From an uncultured Bacilli bacterium (GTDB lineage: Bacteria > Bacillota_I > Bacilli_A > RF39 > UBA660): 64,000 nucleotides of DNA. The notes under the pieces were generated by a model. The model made no database searches, had not been told where the DNA came from, and saw only the letters and a list, made by a program, of their open reading frames with translations. Location: NCBI GenBank assembly GCA_910584085.1, contig CAJTZY010000001.1:51830-115829 (forward strand). The letters run 5' to 3'. A program made the position numbers and the translations under genes. Shown piece after piece: positions 47,669-57,640 of this stretch (position 1 is its first letter; the number at the start of each line of letters is the position of its first letter).

Positions 47669-47812
47669 AATTTTTACCCCCCTTCAACAGTTGGCATGTA
47701 TTCTAGCAACTTTTTCTATAGTTGTCAATAATTTTTGTTGAATTTGCAGAATATTCTTTTCTTTTTTTACAATTATGGTGTATAATACCAAGAGAAAGTG
47801 TTGTGTTTATAA

Positions 47813-49654
47813 ATGAATATATTAGATATGATAAAAAATCCAGATGATATAAAGTTACTATCAATACCTGAATTAGAAAAGTTGTCAGAGGAAATTAGAA
47901 AATTTCTCATAAATAATATATCTAAAACAGGCGGACACTTAGCTTCAAATTTAGGATTAGTTGAACTTACTATTACCCTTTTAAAAAACTTTGATTTCAC
48001 TAAAGATAAAATAATTTTTGATGTAGGTCATCAAAGCTATGTTTATAAAATACTTACAGATAGAAAAGATAAATTTTCAACGCTTAGAAAATATAAAGGT
48101 ATCAGTGGATTTCCTAAAAGGAATGAAAGTAAATATGATTACTTTGATACAGGGCATAGTAGTAATTCTATATCTGCTAGTTTAGGTATGGCAAGAGCAA
48201 GAGACTTAAAAAAAGAAAATTATGATATTATATCTGTTATAGGAGATGGGGCATTCACTGGTGGAATGGTATATGAAGCATTAAATGATGTAGGATTCAA
48301 CAATAGTAAAATGTTTATAATTTTAAATGATAATCAAATGAGTATTTCATTAAATGTTGGAGGAGTATCTAAGTGTCTGAATAAAATTAGACTAAATACT
48401 TCATATAATAGATTGAAAGAAAAAGTGCACCATAGATTAGATAAAAGTACAAAAATTGTAAACCTAGCAAAAAAAGTAAAAAATAGTATAAAAAGTTTAT
48501 TTTTTAATCAAATGTTTTTTGAAAGTTTAGGAGTTAAATACATAGGTCCAATAGATGGACATAATATAAAGGAATTAGATAGAACAATTAAAAAAATAAA
48601 AAAATTAAATGAACCAGTGGTTTTACATGTTACAACAACTAAAGGATTAGGTTATTTACCAGCTTTAATAAATCCAGATAGATTTCATGCAATAGGGGCA
48701 TTTGATATAGAAACAGGAAACCCAATTAACAAATCAGGAATAACATACTCACATGCCTTTGGTAAAAGTTTAGTTAAGTTAGCGAGCAAGGATAAAAATA
48801 TAGTAGCAATTACAGCTGCAATGACAGAAGGAACAGGATTAAAGGAGTTTTCAGAACTCTATCCTGATAGAATATTTGATGTAGGAATAACAGAGGGCCA
48901 TGCAGTAACACTTGCAAGTGGAATGGCGATTAGTGGTTTAAAACCTATATTTGCGGTATACTCTACATTTTTACAAAGAGGATTTGATCAAATACTTATG
49001 GATGTTTGTATGCAAAACTCTCCAGTTATCTTTGCAATTGATAGAGCAGGTTTAGTTGGAAGTGATGGGAAAACTCATCAAGGTGTATTTGATATATCAT
49101 ATTTAAATATGATGCCAAACATAGAAATTTTGTCTCCAAAGTCAACAAGCGAAATGGAGCCCATTTTAAAATATGCATTAAAACAAAATAAACCAGTAGC
49201 GATTAGATATCCTAGAGGATGTAATACACTAAATTTAAATAAAATAAAAACTATAAAAACAGGAAAATGGGAAAAAATTAACAGTGGAGAAAAAGTAGTA
49301 ATACTTGCAGTTGGACGTATGGTAGAATATGCAATTAAAGCAAAAGAACTATTAAAAGAAAAATATAATCCAGTTATAATAAGTTCCTTATTTATTAAAC
49401 CATTAGATAATGAATATTTAAATAAAATTATAAAAAATAAATATAATGTATTAACACTCGAAGATAATAATATAATTGGCGGATTTGGACAGCAAGTATT
49501 ATACAATCTTAATAAATTAGGATTTAAAAATAAAATAAAAATAATGGGTTATGAAGATAAATTTATAGATCATGGTAATATTGACGAATTATTAAGTGAA
49601 GAAGAAATGAATATAAAAGATATAGCAGATGAAATAAAGAAATTATATAAATAA
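47813..49654 (+). CDS. dxs: 1-deoxy-D-xylulose-5-phosphate synthase
   Basis: GGHLASNLGLVELT, FDVGHQSY, GHSSNSIS, GDGAFTGGM, and full-length collinearity with DXS. Confidence 0.95.
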   Translation: MNILDMIKNPDDIKLLSIPELEKLSEEIRKFLINNISKTGGHLASNLGLVELTITLLKNFDFTKDKIIFDVGHQSYVYKILTDRKDKFSTLRKYKGISGFPKRNESKYDYFDTGHSSNSISASLGMARARDLKKENYDIISVIGDGAFTGGMVYEALNDVGFNNSKMFIILNDNQMSISLNVGGVSKCLNKIRLNTSYNRLKEKVHHRLDKSTKIVNLAKKVKNSIKSLFFNQMFFESLGVKYIGPIDGHNIKELDRTIKKIKKLNEPVVLHVTTTKGLGYLPALINPDRFHAIGAFDIETGNPINKSGITYSHAFGKSLVKLASKDKNIVAITAAMTEGTGLKEFSELYPDRIFDVGITEGHAVTLASGMAISGLKPIFAVYSTFLQRGFDQILMDVCMQNSPVIFAIDRAGLVGSDGKTHQGVFDISYLNMMPNIEILSPKSTSEMEPILKYALKQNKPVAIRYPRGCNTLNLNKIKTIKTGKWEKINSGEKVVILAVGRMVEYAIKAKELLKEKYNPVIISSLFIKPLDNEYLNKIIKNKYNVLTLEDNNIIGGFGQQVLYNLNKLGFKNKIKIMGYEDKFIDHGNIDELLSEEEMNIKDIADEIKKLYK

Positions 49655-49759
49655 ACTTACACAAAATGTATCAAAAATAAGGTTGTTTTTTTAATATAAA
49701 TATGATAAAATGTTTCTTGTTTCGTGCTTAAACGCACACCTAGAATGGAGATGTAGATA

Positions 49760-51169
49760 ATGAAAAAAACTAAAATAATTTGTAGTATAGGACCTGCAAG
49801 TAGAAAGTATGACGTAATGAAATCAATGGTAGAAAATGGTATGAATGTTGCCCGTATTAATTTTTCTCATGCAGATGAAACTGAAAAAAAGGAAACAGTA
49901 GAACTAGTCCATAGAATTAATAAAGAATTAAAAACTAATATAGGTATATTATATGATACTAAAGGACCAGATTTTAGAACAGGCGTTGTAAAAGATGATG
50001 AAATAGTTTTAAAAGAGGGAAAAACTATAAGAATAGTTAAAGATGATATAGTTGGAACTGAAGAGGCTATTACAGTAAATTATAAAAATGCATTAGATCA
50101 AATAAATATAGATGATATTGTATTACTTGAAGATGGACTTATGAAACTATTAGTTACTGATAAAGATAAAATGGGAATTACTTGTAGTATAGTAGTAGGT
50201 GGAAATCTTGGAAGTAGAAAAGGTGTTAACGTACCTGGTGTAAATTTAAATATGCCTTTTATAAGTAATCAAGATAGAGAAGATATTATATATGCTTGCA
50301 ATCATGATGGAGATTTTCTCGCACTTTCATTTGTTTCAAGTAAAGAAGATATACTAGCAGTAAAAGAGATACTAAAAGAAGAAAATAGTGAGATGCAAAT
50401 AATATCAAAGGTTGAAAGTAATACTGCTCTTGAAAATTTAGATGAAATTATTGAATATAGTGATGGTATTATGGTAGCCCGTGGAGATCTAGGCGTAGAA
50501 GTTCCTATGAAAGAATTACCTATAATACAAAAGCAAATGATAGAAAAATGTAGAAAGGCAGGAAAATTCTGTATAGTTGCAACTGAAATGTTAGCGTCTA
50601 TGTATAAAAATGCTAGACCAACACGTGCAGAAGTTACAGACATCGCAAATGCAGTATTAGATGGAACAGATGCAGTAATGCTTAGTGGAGAAACTACTAT
50701 GGGTAAATATCCAATAGATGCAGTAAAATATATGGCTGAAATAGTAGAGAATACTGAAAAATATTTAGATTATGAAAAAATAGTTAAACCTGAATATGAG
50801 GCAGATATAACGGATACTATTGCTAGAAGTGTAGTAGATGCTTCAAATATGTTAGATGTTAAAGTAATACTTGCTGCAACCTTATCTGGATTTACAGCAA
50901 AGAAAATAAGTAATTTAAGACCAAAAACAATAATACTAGCAGAATGCCCAACAGAAAAAGTAGCTCATTCATTATCACTCAGATTTGGTGTTTATACAAC
51001 ATTACTTCCTGTATATGAAAGTACAGATGAGTTAATAGATGAGGCTATTATAAAAGCTAAAGAAATTATGAATTTGAAGGAAAATGATTTAATTGTTATT
51101 ACAGGGGGATTCCCTAATAATACTACTGTTAAGACTACTAACTTTCTTAAAATAGAAACTATAAAATAA
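49760..51169 (+). CDS. pyk: Pyruvate kinase
   Basis: KTKIICSIGPAS, NVARINFSH, TKGPDFRTG, MVARGDLGVE, and VMLSGETTMGKYP. Confidence 0.95.
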   Translation: MKKTKIICSIGPASRKYDVMKSMVENGMNVARINFSHADETEKKETVELVHRINKELKTNIGILYDTKGPDFRTGVVKDDEIVLKEGKTIRIVKDDIVGTEEAITVNYKNALDQINIDDIVLLEDGLMKLLVTDKDKMGITCSIVVGGNLGSRKGVNVPGVNLNMPFISNQDREDIIYACNHDGDFLALSFVSSKEDILAVKEILKEENSEMQIISKVESNTALENLDEIIEYSDGIMVARGDLGVEVPMKELPIIQKQMIEKCRKAGKFCIVATEMLASMYKNARPTRAEVTDIANAVLDGTDAVMLSGETTMGKYPIDAVKYMAEIVENTEKYLDYEKIVKPEYEADITDTIARSVVDASNMLDVKVILAATLSGFTAKKISNLRPKTIILAECPTEKVAHSLSLRFGVYTTLLPVYESTDELIDEAIIKAKEIMNLKENDLIVITGGFPNNTTVKTTNFLKIETIK

Positions 51170-51192
51170 GATATCACGTTGATATCTTTTTT
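51169..51192 (+). terminator. Intrinsic terminator after pyk
   Basis: Hairpin agatatca-cgt-tgatatct followed by a T-run. Confidence 0.7.
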
Positions 51193-51349
51193 CTAAATAT
51201 ACAAAAATTAAAAAAATGAATAGTAAAAATAACAGAAATTATAAAAAATAGTAACAGAAATTAAAATACTGTAAAAATAGATGTACAAAAAATGAAAAAG
51301 GTGATTTGAATATAAAATAGTAATATGTTATAACCTTGTTGGTGATTAC

Positions 51350-52243
51350 ATGAACTATTTAAAAAATATAAAAGAATTAATAGAAAATGATATAGTATTA
51401 AGAAAGAAAAATAGAATATATGAAGAAAATCATAGATTAAATACATATTTTGAAATAGGAAGACTTATAGTAGATGCGCAGGGTGGAGAGAGTCATGCAA
51501 GATATGGGAACAATTTAATAAATAATTGGAGTGATATACTAACTAAAGAATATGGAAAAGGATATGACTCATCAAATTTAAGAAGAATGAGGCAACTTTA
51601 CTTAACCTTTCAAAAATGTGCTACAGTGTGGCACAAATTGACCTGGAGTCATTTAAAAAGTGTTTTAAGTTTAAACCCTATTTCGAAAAGAAATTATTAT
51701 ATTAATTTATGCATAAAACAAAATTTAAGTGTAAGAGATTTAAAAGAAAAAATAAAAAATGGTGAATATGAAAGATTAGAGTATAAAGAAAATATAGAGC
51801 TTATAGATGAAAAACAAGAATTAACAATAAAAGATATGATAAAAAAACCAATACTTATTAAAACTGATAAAAGGGTTGATAAGCTAAGTGAAAAGGCTTT
51901 AAAACAGTTTATCTTAGAAAAAATAGAAGAATTTTTAATGGAACTTGGTGTAGGTTTTACATATGTAGATAGTGAGTATAAATTAGTAAACTATAGATGT
52001 GACCTATTATTTTTTAATACGGAATTAACTTGTTATACAGTTATAGAATTAAAGATAAGAAAGTTAAAACCAACGGATATTGGGCAAATCAAATATTATA
52101 TGAACTATATAGATAAAAATATGAAAAAGGATTATATGAATAAGACAATAGGTATTATATTATGCAGGGAAGATAATGAAATAGTGGTGAAATATGTAAC
52201 GGATGAGCGAATACTTATGACAACCTATAATTTGATTAAATAA
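51350..52243 (+). CDS. DUF1016/YhcG-like PDDEXK nuclease-domain protein
   Basis: C-terminal CDLLFFNTELTCYTVIELKIRKL (D...ExK) with GQIKYYMNYID. The N-terminal region is typical of the YhcG family as I remember it. Confidence 0.6.
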   Translation: MNYLKNIKELIENDIVLRKKNRIYEENHRLNTYFEIGRLIVDAQGGESHARYGNNLINNWSDILTKEYGKGYDSSNLRRMRQLYLTFQKCATVWHKLTWSHLKSVLSLNPISKRNYYINLCIKQNLSVRDLKEKIKNGEYERLEYKENIELIDEKQELTIKDMIKKPILIKTDKRVDKLSEKALKQFILEKIEEFLMELGVGFTYVDSEYKLVNYRCDLLFFNTELTCYTVIELKIRKLKPTDIGQIKYYMNYIDKNMKKDYMNKTIGIILCREDNEIVVKYVTDERILMTTYNLIK

Positions 52244-52288
52244 AGTTCTATCCTTTAAAATTCATCATATACTTTAATAGGTGATACC

Positions 52289-52831
52289 ATGAAAAAAAAT
52301 AATATTGGGACAATCTTTTTTACAAAACTACTTCTTTCAATTGTACTAACTTTAATAATCTTAATATTAATGAAATCTAGTAGTAGTTTTAAAAACACAT
52401 TTTATAAACAAGTTTATAATAATAACATATCATTTACACGTTTAAAAGAACTTTACAATAAATACATAGGTGATTCTAATATACTTGACAAAGTAGTGAA
52501 AACAGAAACAGTATTCAATGAAAAATTAACATATAAAAAACAAGAGAAATATTTAGATGGTGTTAAATTAGAAGTAGGTAGTAATTATTTAGTTCCAATA
52601 GAAGAAAGTGGTATTGTAGTATTCATAGGCGAAAAAGAAGGATATGGAAACACAGTAATAATACAAAGAGTAGATGGAGTAGATGAATGGTATGGAAATA
52701 TTCAAAATGTAAATGTAAAGCTTTATGATTATGTAAAGAAGAATACTTTATTAGGCGAATCAAATAATAATTTATATCTAGTATATAAAAAAGATGGAAA
52801 TATATTAAATTATGAAGACTATCTTAAGTAA
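52289..52831 (+). CDS. Membrane-anchored M23/LytM-like protein (SpoIVFA-like position)
   Basis: N-terminal TM helix and a degenerate LytM-like C-terminus (GIVVFIGEKEGYGNTVIIQRVDG...Y). It lies directly upstream of the M50 protease gene, as spoIVFA does in Bacillus. Confidence 0.5.
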   Translation: MKKNNIGTIFFTKLLLSIVLTLIILILMKSSSSFKNTFYKQVYNNNISFTRLKELYNKYIGDSNILDKVVKTETVFNEKLTYKKQEKYLDGVKLEVGSNYLVPIEESGIVVFIGEKEGYGNTVIIQRVDGVDEWYGNIQNVNVKLYDYVKKNTLLGESNNNLYLVYKKDGNILNYEDYLK

Positions 52832-53561
52832 AATGTATTATCACCCATTATTTTTAGTAACAATTTTAATATTTACATTAATGGGTGAATTTAGATTTAT
52901 AAGCTATTTTATGCTTATAATTTCTGTACATGAATTAGGGCATATATTAGTAGCCATATATTTTAAATGGAATATAGATAAAATAATATTATTACCGTTT
53001 GGCGCACTTACAAAATTTAATGAATTAATAAATAAACCATTAATAGAAGAATTTTTCATTGCTATAGCTGGAGTGATATTTCAAACATTATTTTTTATCT
53101 CAACAAAAAATAAAATAGATTATAAATATTTTAGTACAATAAACTATTTTATATTAATATTTAATTTAATACCGATATATCCCCTGGATGGTTCAAAAAT
53201 ACTAAATATACTATTTAATAAAATAACAACATTTAAAAATAGTATCTTACTTACTACAATAATTTCATATATATCAATAATATTTTTTGCAATTACATTT
53301 TTTAGGATAAATAAACTAATAATATTAGTTCTTATATTTTTAACTTTAGAGGTAAATAAATTATATAAAGAAAGAGAGTATATATTCAATAAATTTTTAC
53401 TTGAAAGATATCTAGGAGAATTTAAGTTTAAACACAAAAAAACAATAGATAATGTGAATTTAATGAAAAAGGATTATAGACACCTTTTTTATATTGATAA
53501 CAAATATATAACAGAAAGTTACTTTTTATCAAAAATGTTTGACATTAAGAGCAATTTGTGA
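52812..53561 (+). CDS. spoIVFB: M50 site-2 metalloprotease (SpoIVFB-like)
   Basis: HELGH in a TM helix and the NLIPIYPLDG motif. Position upstream of rplU matches the Bacillus spoIVFA-spoIVFB-rplU order. No C-terminal CBS domain is evident. Confidence 0.75.
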   Translation: MKTILSKMYYHPLFLVTILIFTLMGEFRFISYFMLIISVHELGHILVAIYFKWNIDKIILLPFGALTKFNELINKPLIEEFFIAIAGVIFQTLFFISTKNKIDYKYFSTINYFILIFNLIPIYPLDGSKILNILFNKITTFKNSILLTTIISYISIIFFAITFFRINKLIILVLIFLTLEVNKLYKEREYIFNKFLLERYLGEFKFKHKKTIDNVNLMKKDYRHLFYIDNKYITESYFLSKMFDIKSNL

Positions 53562-53567
53562 TATTAT
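53539..53567 (+). promoter_or_regulatory. Sigma-A promoter of the rplU operon
   Basis: TTGACA (53539-53544), 17-nt spacer, TATTAT (53562-53567). Confidence 0.6.
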
Positions 53568-53574
53568 TTTAAAC

Positions 53575-53650
53575 GTGTAGGGCCTCACTCTACAACCACT
53601 CAGAAAAGGTTTTAAAGTTTAACTACCTTAATGGTGAGTCTTAGATTATA
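53575..53650 (+). ncRNA. L21-leader-like structured 5' UTR
   Basis: A relatively GC-rich segment (gtagggcctcactctacaaccactcag...ccttaatggtgagtc) with cctcac/gtgagt pairing, between the promoter and the rplU RBS. Firmicutes rplU operons carry a ribosomal-protein leader here. Confidence 0.45.
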
Positions 53651-53663
53651 AAGGAGGTAAAAA

Positions 53664-53966
53664 ATGAAAGCAGTTATAGAAACTGGTGGAAAACAATACT
53701 ATGTTGAAGAAGGTACAGTTCTTTATATTGAAAAATTAGATGCAGAAGCTGGAGATAAAATTAAATTTGATAAAGTTTTAATGGCTAATGGAACTTGTGG
53801 AATGCCTACTTTAGCAGGAGCAAGCGTTGAAGGTGAAGTTGTTAAAAACGGTAAAGGTAAAAAAATTATAGTTTATAAATATAACCAAAAGAAAAATTAT
53901 CGTAGAAAACAAGGACACCGTCAACCATATACTAAAGTCGAAATCAAAAAAATCGTGGTTAAATAA
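53664..53966 (+). CDS. rplU: 50S ribosomal protein L21
   Basis: [17 protein letters not shown]...[11 protein letters not shown]. Confidence 0.95.
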   Translation: MKAVIETGGKQYYVEEGTVLYIEKLDAEAGDKIKFDKVLMANGTCGMPTLAGASVEGEVVKNGKGKKIIVYKYNQKKNYRRKQGHRQPYTKVEIKKIVVK

Positions 53967-53969
53967 TTT

Positions 53970-54272
53970 ATGATAACTATAGAAGTTAAAAATAACACAG
54001 ATCATATTAATTATATAAAAATAAAAGGACATGCAGGGTATGCTGAAAAAGGATACGATATTGTATGTTCATCAGTATCATCTATTGCAATAACAACGGT
54101 TAATGCTATTATAAAAATAGATGAGAGTGCAATTACATATAGTGAGGAAGATGGATTGCTTGAGATAAATATATTAAGGTATGATAAAATAGTAAATATA
54201 TTAGTAGAAAATATGATAAGTATGTTTGAAAGTTTAGAAAAAGATTATAAAGATTATATTAAAATTAGATAG
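53970..54272 (+). CDS. prp: Ribosomal-processing cysteine protease Prp
   Basis: [18 protein letters not shown] (His/Cys dyad region). Located between rplU and rpmA. Confidence 0.85.
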   Translation: MITIEVKNNTDHINYIKIKGHAGYAEKGYDIVCSSVSSIAITTVNAIIKIDESAITYSEEDGLLEINILRYDKIVNILVENMISMFESLEKDYKDYIKIR

Positions 54273-54286
54273 GAGGTGCTCATCAC

Positions 54287-54574
54287 ATGAAATTGATGAC
54301 ATTAAATATCCAATTATTCGCACATAAAAAAGGTCAAGGATCTACAAAAAATGGTAGAGATTCTGCTGGTAGAAGATTAGGTGCTAAGGCTTCTGATGGT
54401 GAATATGTAACTGGTGGATCTATTATATATAGACAAAGAGGGACTAGAATTTATCCAGGAGTAAATACTGGTATCGGAACTGACGACACTGTTTATGCTA
54501 AAATAAGCGGATATGTAAAATATGAACGTTTAGGAAAAGATAGAAAACAAGTTAGTGTTTATGAAACTATATAG
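54287..54574 (+). CDS. rpmA: 50S ribosomal protein L27 (with a Prp-cleaved N-terminal extension)
   Basis: [26 protein letters not shown]. The extension ends at the F/A cleavage-type site. Confidence 0.95.
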   Translation: MKLMTLNIQLFAHKKGQGSTKNGRDSAGRRLGAKASDGEYVTGGSIIYRQRGTRIYPGVNTGIGTDDTVYAKISGYVKYERLGKDRKQVSVYETI

Positions 54575-54648
54575 AGGAATTCCTCTATTTTTAATTTGCA
54601 ATTTTTTTTAAAAGTGTTATAATAGGTTTCAAGTTTAGGGGGAATCTT

Positions 54649-55458
54649 ATGTACTTATATGAAAATAGAAATAACAAAATTTATGTTTTTGAATTAGAAC
54701 CGGATTATATAAAATTGATGAATTATAGAATTCATGAAATGAAACAATATAACGATAACGTACTATTTGTAGCAGAAGCAGACGCACATACGCCAAATAA
54801 AATATTAGAAAGCGATATAAATGAAGTAAATGTAAATGATTTAAATATTCAAAATTCTCCATTTATACCATTTACAGGGGGCTTGGTTGCTTATAATAAT
54901 AGATTTCATTCATTTAGATATGATTGTGAAAATAAAGAAGTCATGAGTGCATACTATAATGGTCTTTATAGTAATAAAAAGGTAATTAAAGTTTATAAAG
55001 AAAATCTTGTTGCTGAACCACCAGAAGAGGCAAAAAGCATATTAGAACAATATGATATTAATTTTAGAGGAATTGGTATGGAGGGAACTATAAAAAATGA
55101 ACCAATTATTCCTACATATAAGAGAGTAAAACAAGTTATAAAATATTTGATTATAACGGATAAATATGAATTGCAAAGTTTATCAAAACATACTGCTATG
55201 AGAAATATAATAGCAGTTCCAAAATCATTATATTTATTACAAATGTTAGAACAGGGAAATATTAATCCTATTTCAGATGAAAATTTAGAAGAACAATTAA
55301 GACTATTTAATTTAAATTTATATCCTGCAAGAATTATTCCATATGAATATTTAGAGGGCGCAATTAAATGTGGTTTAATTGATGATTCAATGGAACAAGT
55401 GCAAGATAAAATTGAAGATAGTCAAAAAATATTAAAAAAAATAAGAAATATAATATAG
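54649..55458 (+). CDS. Hypothetical protein (269 aa)
   Basis: ORF with GGGGGA RBS. No motif recognised. Confidence 0.6.
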   Translation: MYLYENRNNKIYVFELEPDYIKLMNYRIHEMKQYNDNVLFVAEADAHTPNKILESDINEVNVNDLNIQNSPFIPFTGGLVAYNNRFHSFRYDCENKEVMSAYYNGLYSNKKVIKVYKENLVAEPPEEAKSILEQYDINFRGIGMEGTIKNEPIIPTYKRVKQVIKYLIITDKYELQSLSKHTAMRNIIAVPKSLYLLQMLEQGNINPISDENLEEQLRLFNLNLYPARIIPYEYLEGAIKCGLIDDSMEQVQDKIEDSQKILKKIRNII

Positions 55459-55535
55459 AAATAAGAGTCAAAATGGCTTTTATTTTTTTTGTAGATAAAT
55501 GCAAAATAATTTGATATACTAGTAATGGTGATAAT

Positions 55536-56288
55536 ATGATCGCACTTATAACAGGCGCAAGTAGTGGAATAGGACGTGATATGGCCTATGTATTAAGTAA
55601 TAAAGGATATGATTTAATCTTAGTTGCTAGAGATAAAGAAAAACTAAGTAAATTAAAAGAAAAACTTAAAACTCATGTAGATATAATTTCTATGGATTTA
55701 GAAAGTATTCAAAACTGTAGAGAATTATATAAAAAAGTAAGTGATAAAAACATTGATATACTTATAAACAATGCTGGATTCGGGCTTATTGGGATGTTTA
55801 ATAAAACGGATTTAAATAGAGAACTTTCTATGATAAATTTAAATATTACAGCAGTCCATATTTTAACTAAATTATTTCTATCAGACTTTATAAAAAAAGA
55901 TAAGGGATATATATTAAATGTAGCAAGTTCTGCATCATTCCAGCCAGGACCACTTATGGCTACATATTATTCAACTAAATCATATATATATAATTTAACA
56001 CTCGCAATATATGAAGAATTGAGACATATAAATAGTCATGTCCATATAAGTTGCTTATGTCCAGGACCAGTTGATACAAATTTTAATCAAGTGGCAAATT
56101 GTGAATTTAAAATAAAATCACTAAGTAGTGAGTATGTTGCAAAATATGCAATAGGTAAAATGTTTAAAAATAAATTATTAATTATTCCAGGATTTAAAAT
56201 AAAATTATTATATATATTTGGAAGACTAGTACCAAATAAATTAAAGTTAAAAATAACATACAATATACAATATAGAAAAACTAAATAA
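55536..56288 (+). CDS. Short-chain dehydrogenase/reductase (SDR)
   Basis: TGASSGIG, NNAG, and the catalytic YxxxK (YYSTKSY). Confidence 0.9.
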   Translation: MIALITGASSGIGRDMAYVLSNKGYDLILVARDKEKLSKLKEKLKTHVDIISMDLESIQNCRELYKKVSDKNIDILINNAGFGLIGMFNKTDLNRELSMINLNITAVHILTKLFLSDFIKKDKGYILNVASSASFQPGPLMATYYSTKSYIYNLTLAIYEELRHINSHVHISCLCPGPVDTNFNQVANCEFKIKSLSSEYVAKYAIGKMFKNKLLIIPGFKIKLLYIFGRLVPNKLKLKITYNIQYRKTK

Positions 56289-56340
56289 TGATTGAACTAT
56301 TTAAAAAAAAATGATAATATATATATTAGAGAGTGATTAT

Positions 56341-56727
56341 ATGAAACGAGGATTTACATTAATAGAACTATTAGGTGTTATGATAATACTAGCTCTTTTA
56401 GTTATTTTTACTTTTCCTAATATAGTTAATTTTATAAAATCATCAAGTGAAAAAAATGATAATATGAATCTAAACTTGATATATAATGCAGCAGATTTAT
56501 ACATTAAAGAAAATAAAAATAATTTTCCTAAAGTTAATGGAAATAGTTATTGTATCACACTTGAGGACTTGGTGGATAGTGGAAATTTAAAAACACCAAT
56601 AGTACTTTCAGATAGTAATGATGATATAACAAGTTTAAAGAGCGTTCAAGTAATTTATCAGGATAAATTTACTTATGAATTAAAAGATAGTGATAAATGT
56701 GTAGAAAATAAAAATAATTTAGATTAA
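56341..56727 (+). CDS. Prepilin-type N-terminal cleavage/methylation domain protein (type IV pilin or ComGC-like pseudopilin)
   Basis: MKRG/FTLIELLGVMIILALL has the class III signal with the conserved Glu at +5. The ATG at 56341 is preferred over 56311. Confidence 0.8.
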   Translation: MKRGFTLIELLGVMIILALLVIFTFPNIVNFIKSSSEKNDNMNLNLIYNAADLYIKENKNNFPKVNGNSYCITLEDLVDSGNLKTPIVLSDSNDDITSLKSVQVIYQDKFTYELKDSDKCVENKNNLD

Positions 56728-56740
56728 TTTCGGAGGGTTT

Positions 56741-57445
56741 ATGAAAGGTAAGTTAATAGTAATAGAGGGTACAGACTGTAGTGGTAAAGAAACACAAACA
56801 AAATTATTGGTAGAAAGATTAGAGCATGAGAATATAAAATGTGTAAGATTCAGTTTTCCAAACTATGATAGTCCTACAGGAAAAATAGTTGGCGGTCCTT
56901 ATTTAGGTAAAGAATATATATGTGATGGTTGGTTTAGTGAAGGTGCAGTTAATGTAGATCCAAAAGTTTCATCCCTTTACTATGCAGCAGATAGAAAATA
57001 CAATATATCTAAAATAGAAGAATTAATTAATAGTGGTATAAATGTAATATTAGATAGATATATATATTCTAATTTAGCTCATCAAGGTGGTAAAATTAAA
57101 AATGAAAAAGAAAGACTTGATATGTATAAATGGTTAGAAAAGTTAGAATTTGATTTATTAGAACTTCCGCATGCTGATATTAAAATTTTTCTTCATATAC
57201 CATATTCTGTTTCATTAGAATTAAAAAGTAACAGATTAGAAGGATTAGATGAACATGAAAAATCAAAAGAACATTTACTAATGGCTGAGGAAGCATATAA
57301 AGAGATTGCTTCACTTTATGATTTTAAAACAATAGAATGTAGTCATAATGAAAAACCAAAATCAATAGCTGATATAAATAATGAATTGTATGAATTTATA
57401 TATAATAAACTAACAACTAAAAGTAATAGTTATGTACTAAAATAG
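56741..57445 (+). CDS. tmk: Thymidylate (dTMP) kinase
   Basis: GKLIVIEGTDCSGKETQ P-loop, DRY motif (LDRYIYS), and a lid region. Confidence 0.85.
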   Translation: MKGKLIVIEGTDCSGKETQTKLLVERLEHENIKCVRFSFPNYDSPTGKIVGGPYLGKEYICDGWFSEGAVNVDPKVSSLYYAADRKYNISKIEELINSGINVILDRYIYSNLAHQGGKIKNEKERLDMYKWLEKLEFDLLELPHADIKIFLHIPYSVSLELKSNRLEGLDEHEKSKEHLLMAEEAYKEIASLYDFKTIECSHNEKPKSIADINNELYEFIYNKLTTKSNSYVLK

Positions 57446-57640
57446 ACTGAGTCTATTTTTTTTTGATTATGATAAAATTTTGCTATAAATTTTTCTTATA
57501 TATATATCAAAATAGTAAAAAATATGTTAAAATTAGTATAGTATGATATGGAAGATTTTGTGAAATTTAGTAATAGTTTTCATAATAGATAATTTAGAAT
57601 TAAAAAGTATATTTTAGGTATTAGATAAGGAGAAAGAATT

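Noticed and set aside
54649-55458. Considered whether the 269-aa ORF after rpmA is Spo0B or Obg, which is the gene order in Bacillus.
   Set aside because: - It has no GTPase motifs (no GxxxxGKS or DxxG).
- It has no histidine-phosphotransfer helix pattern.
- It is left as hypothetical.
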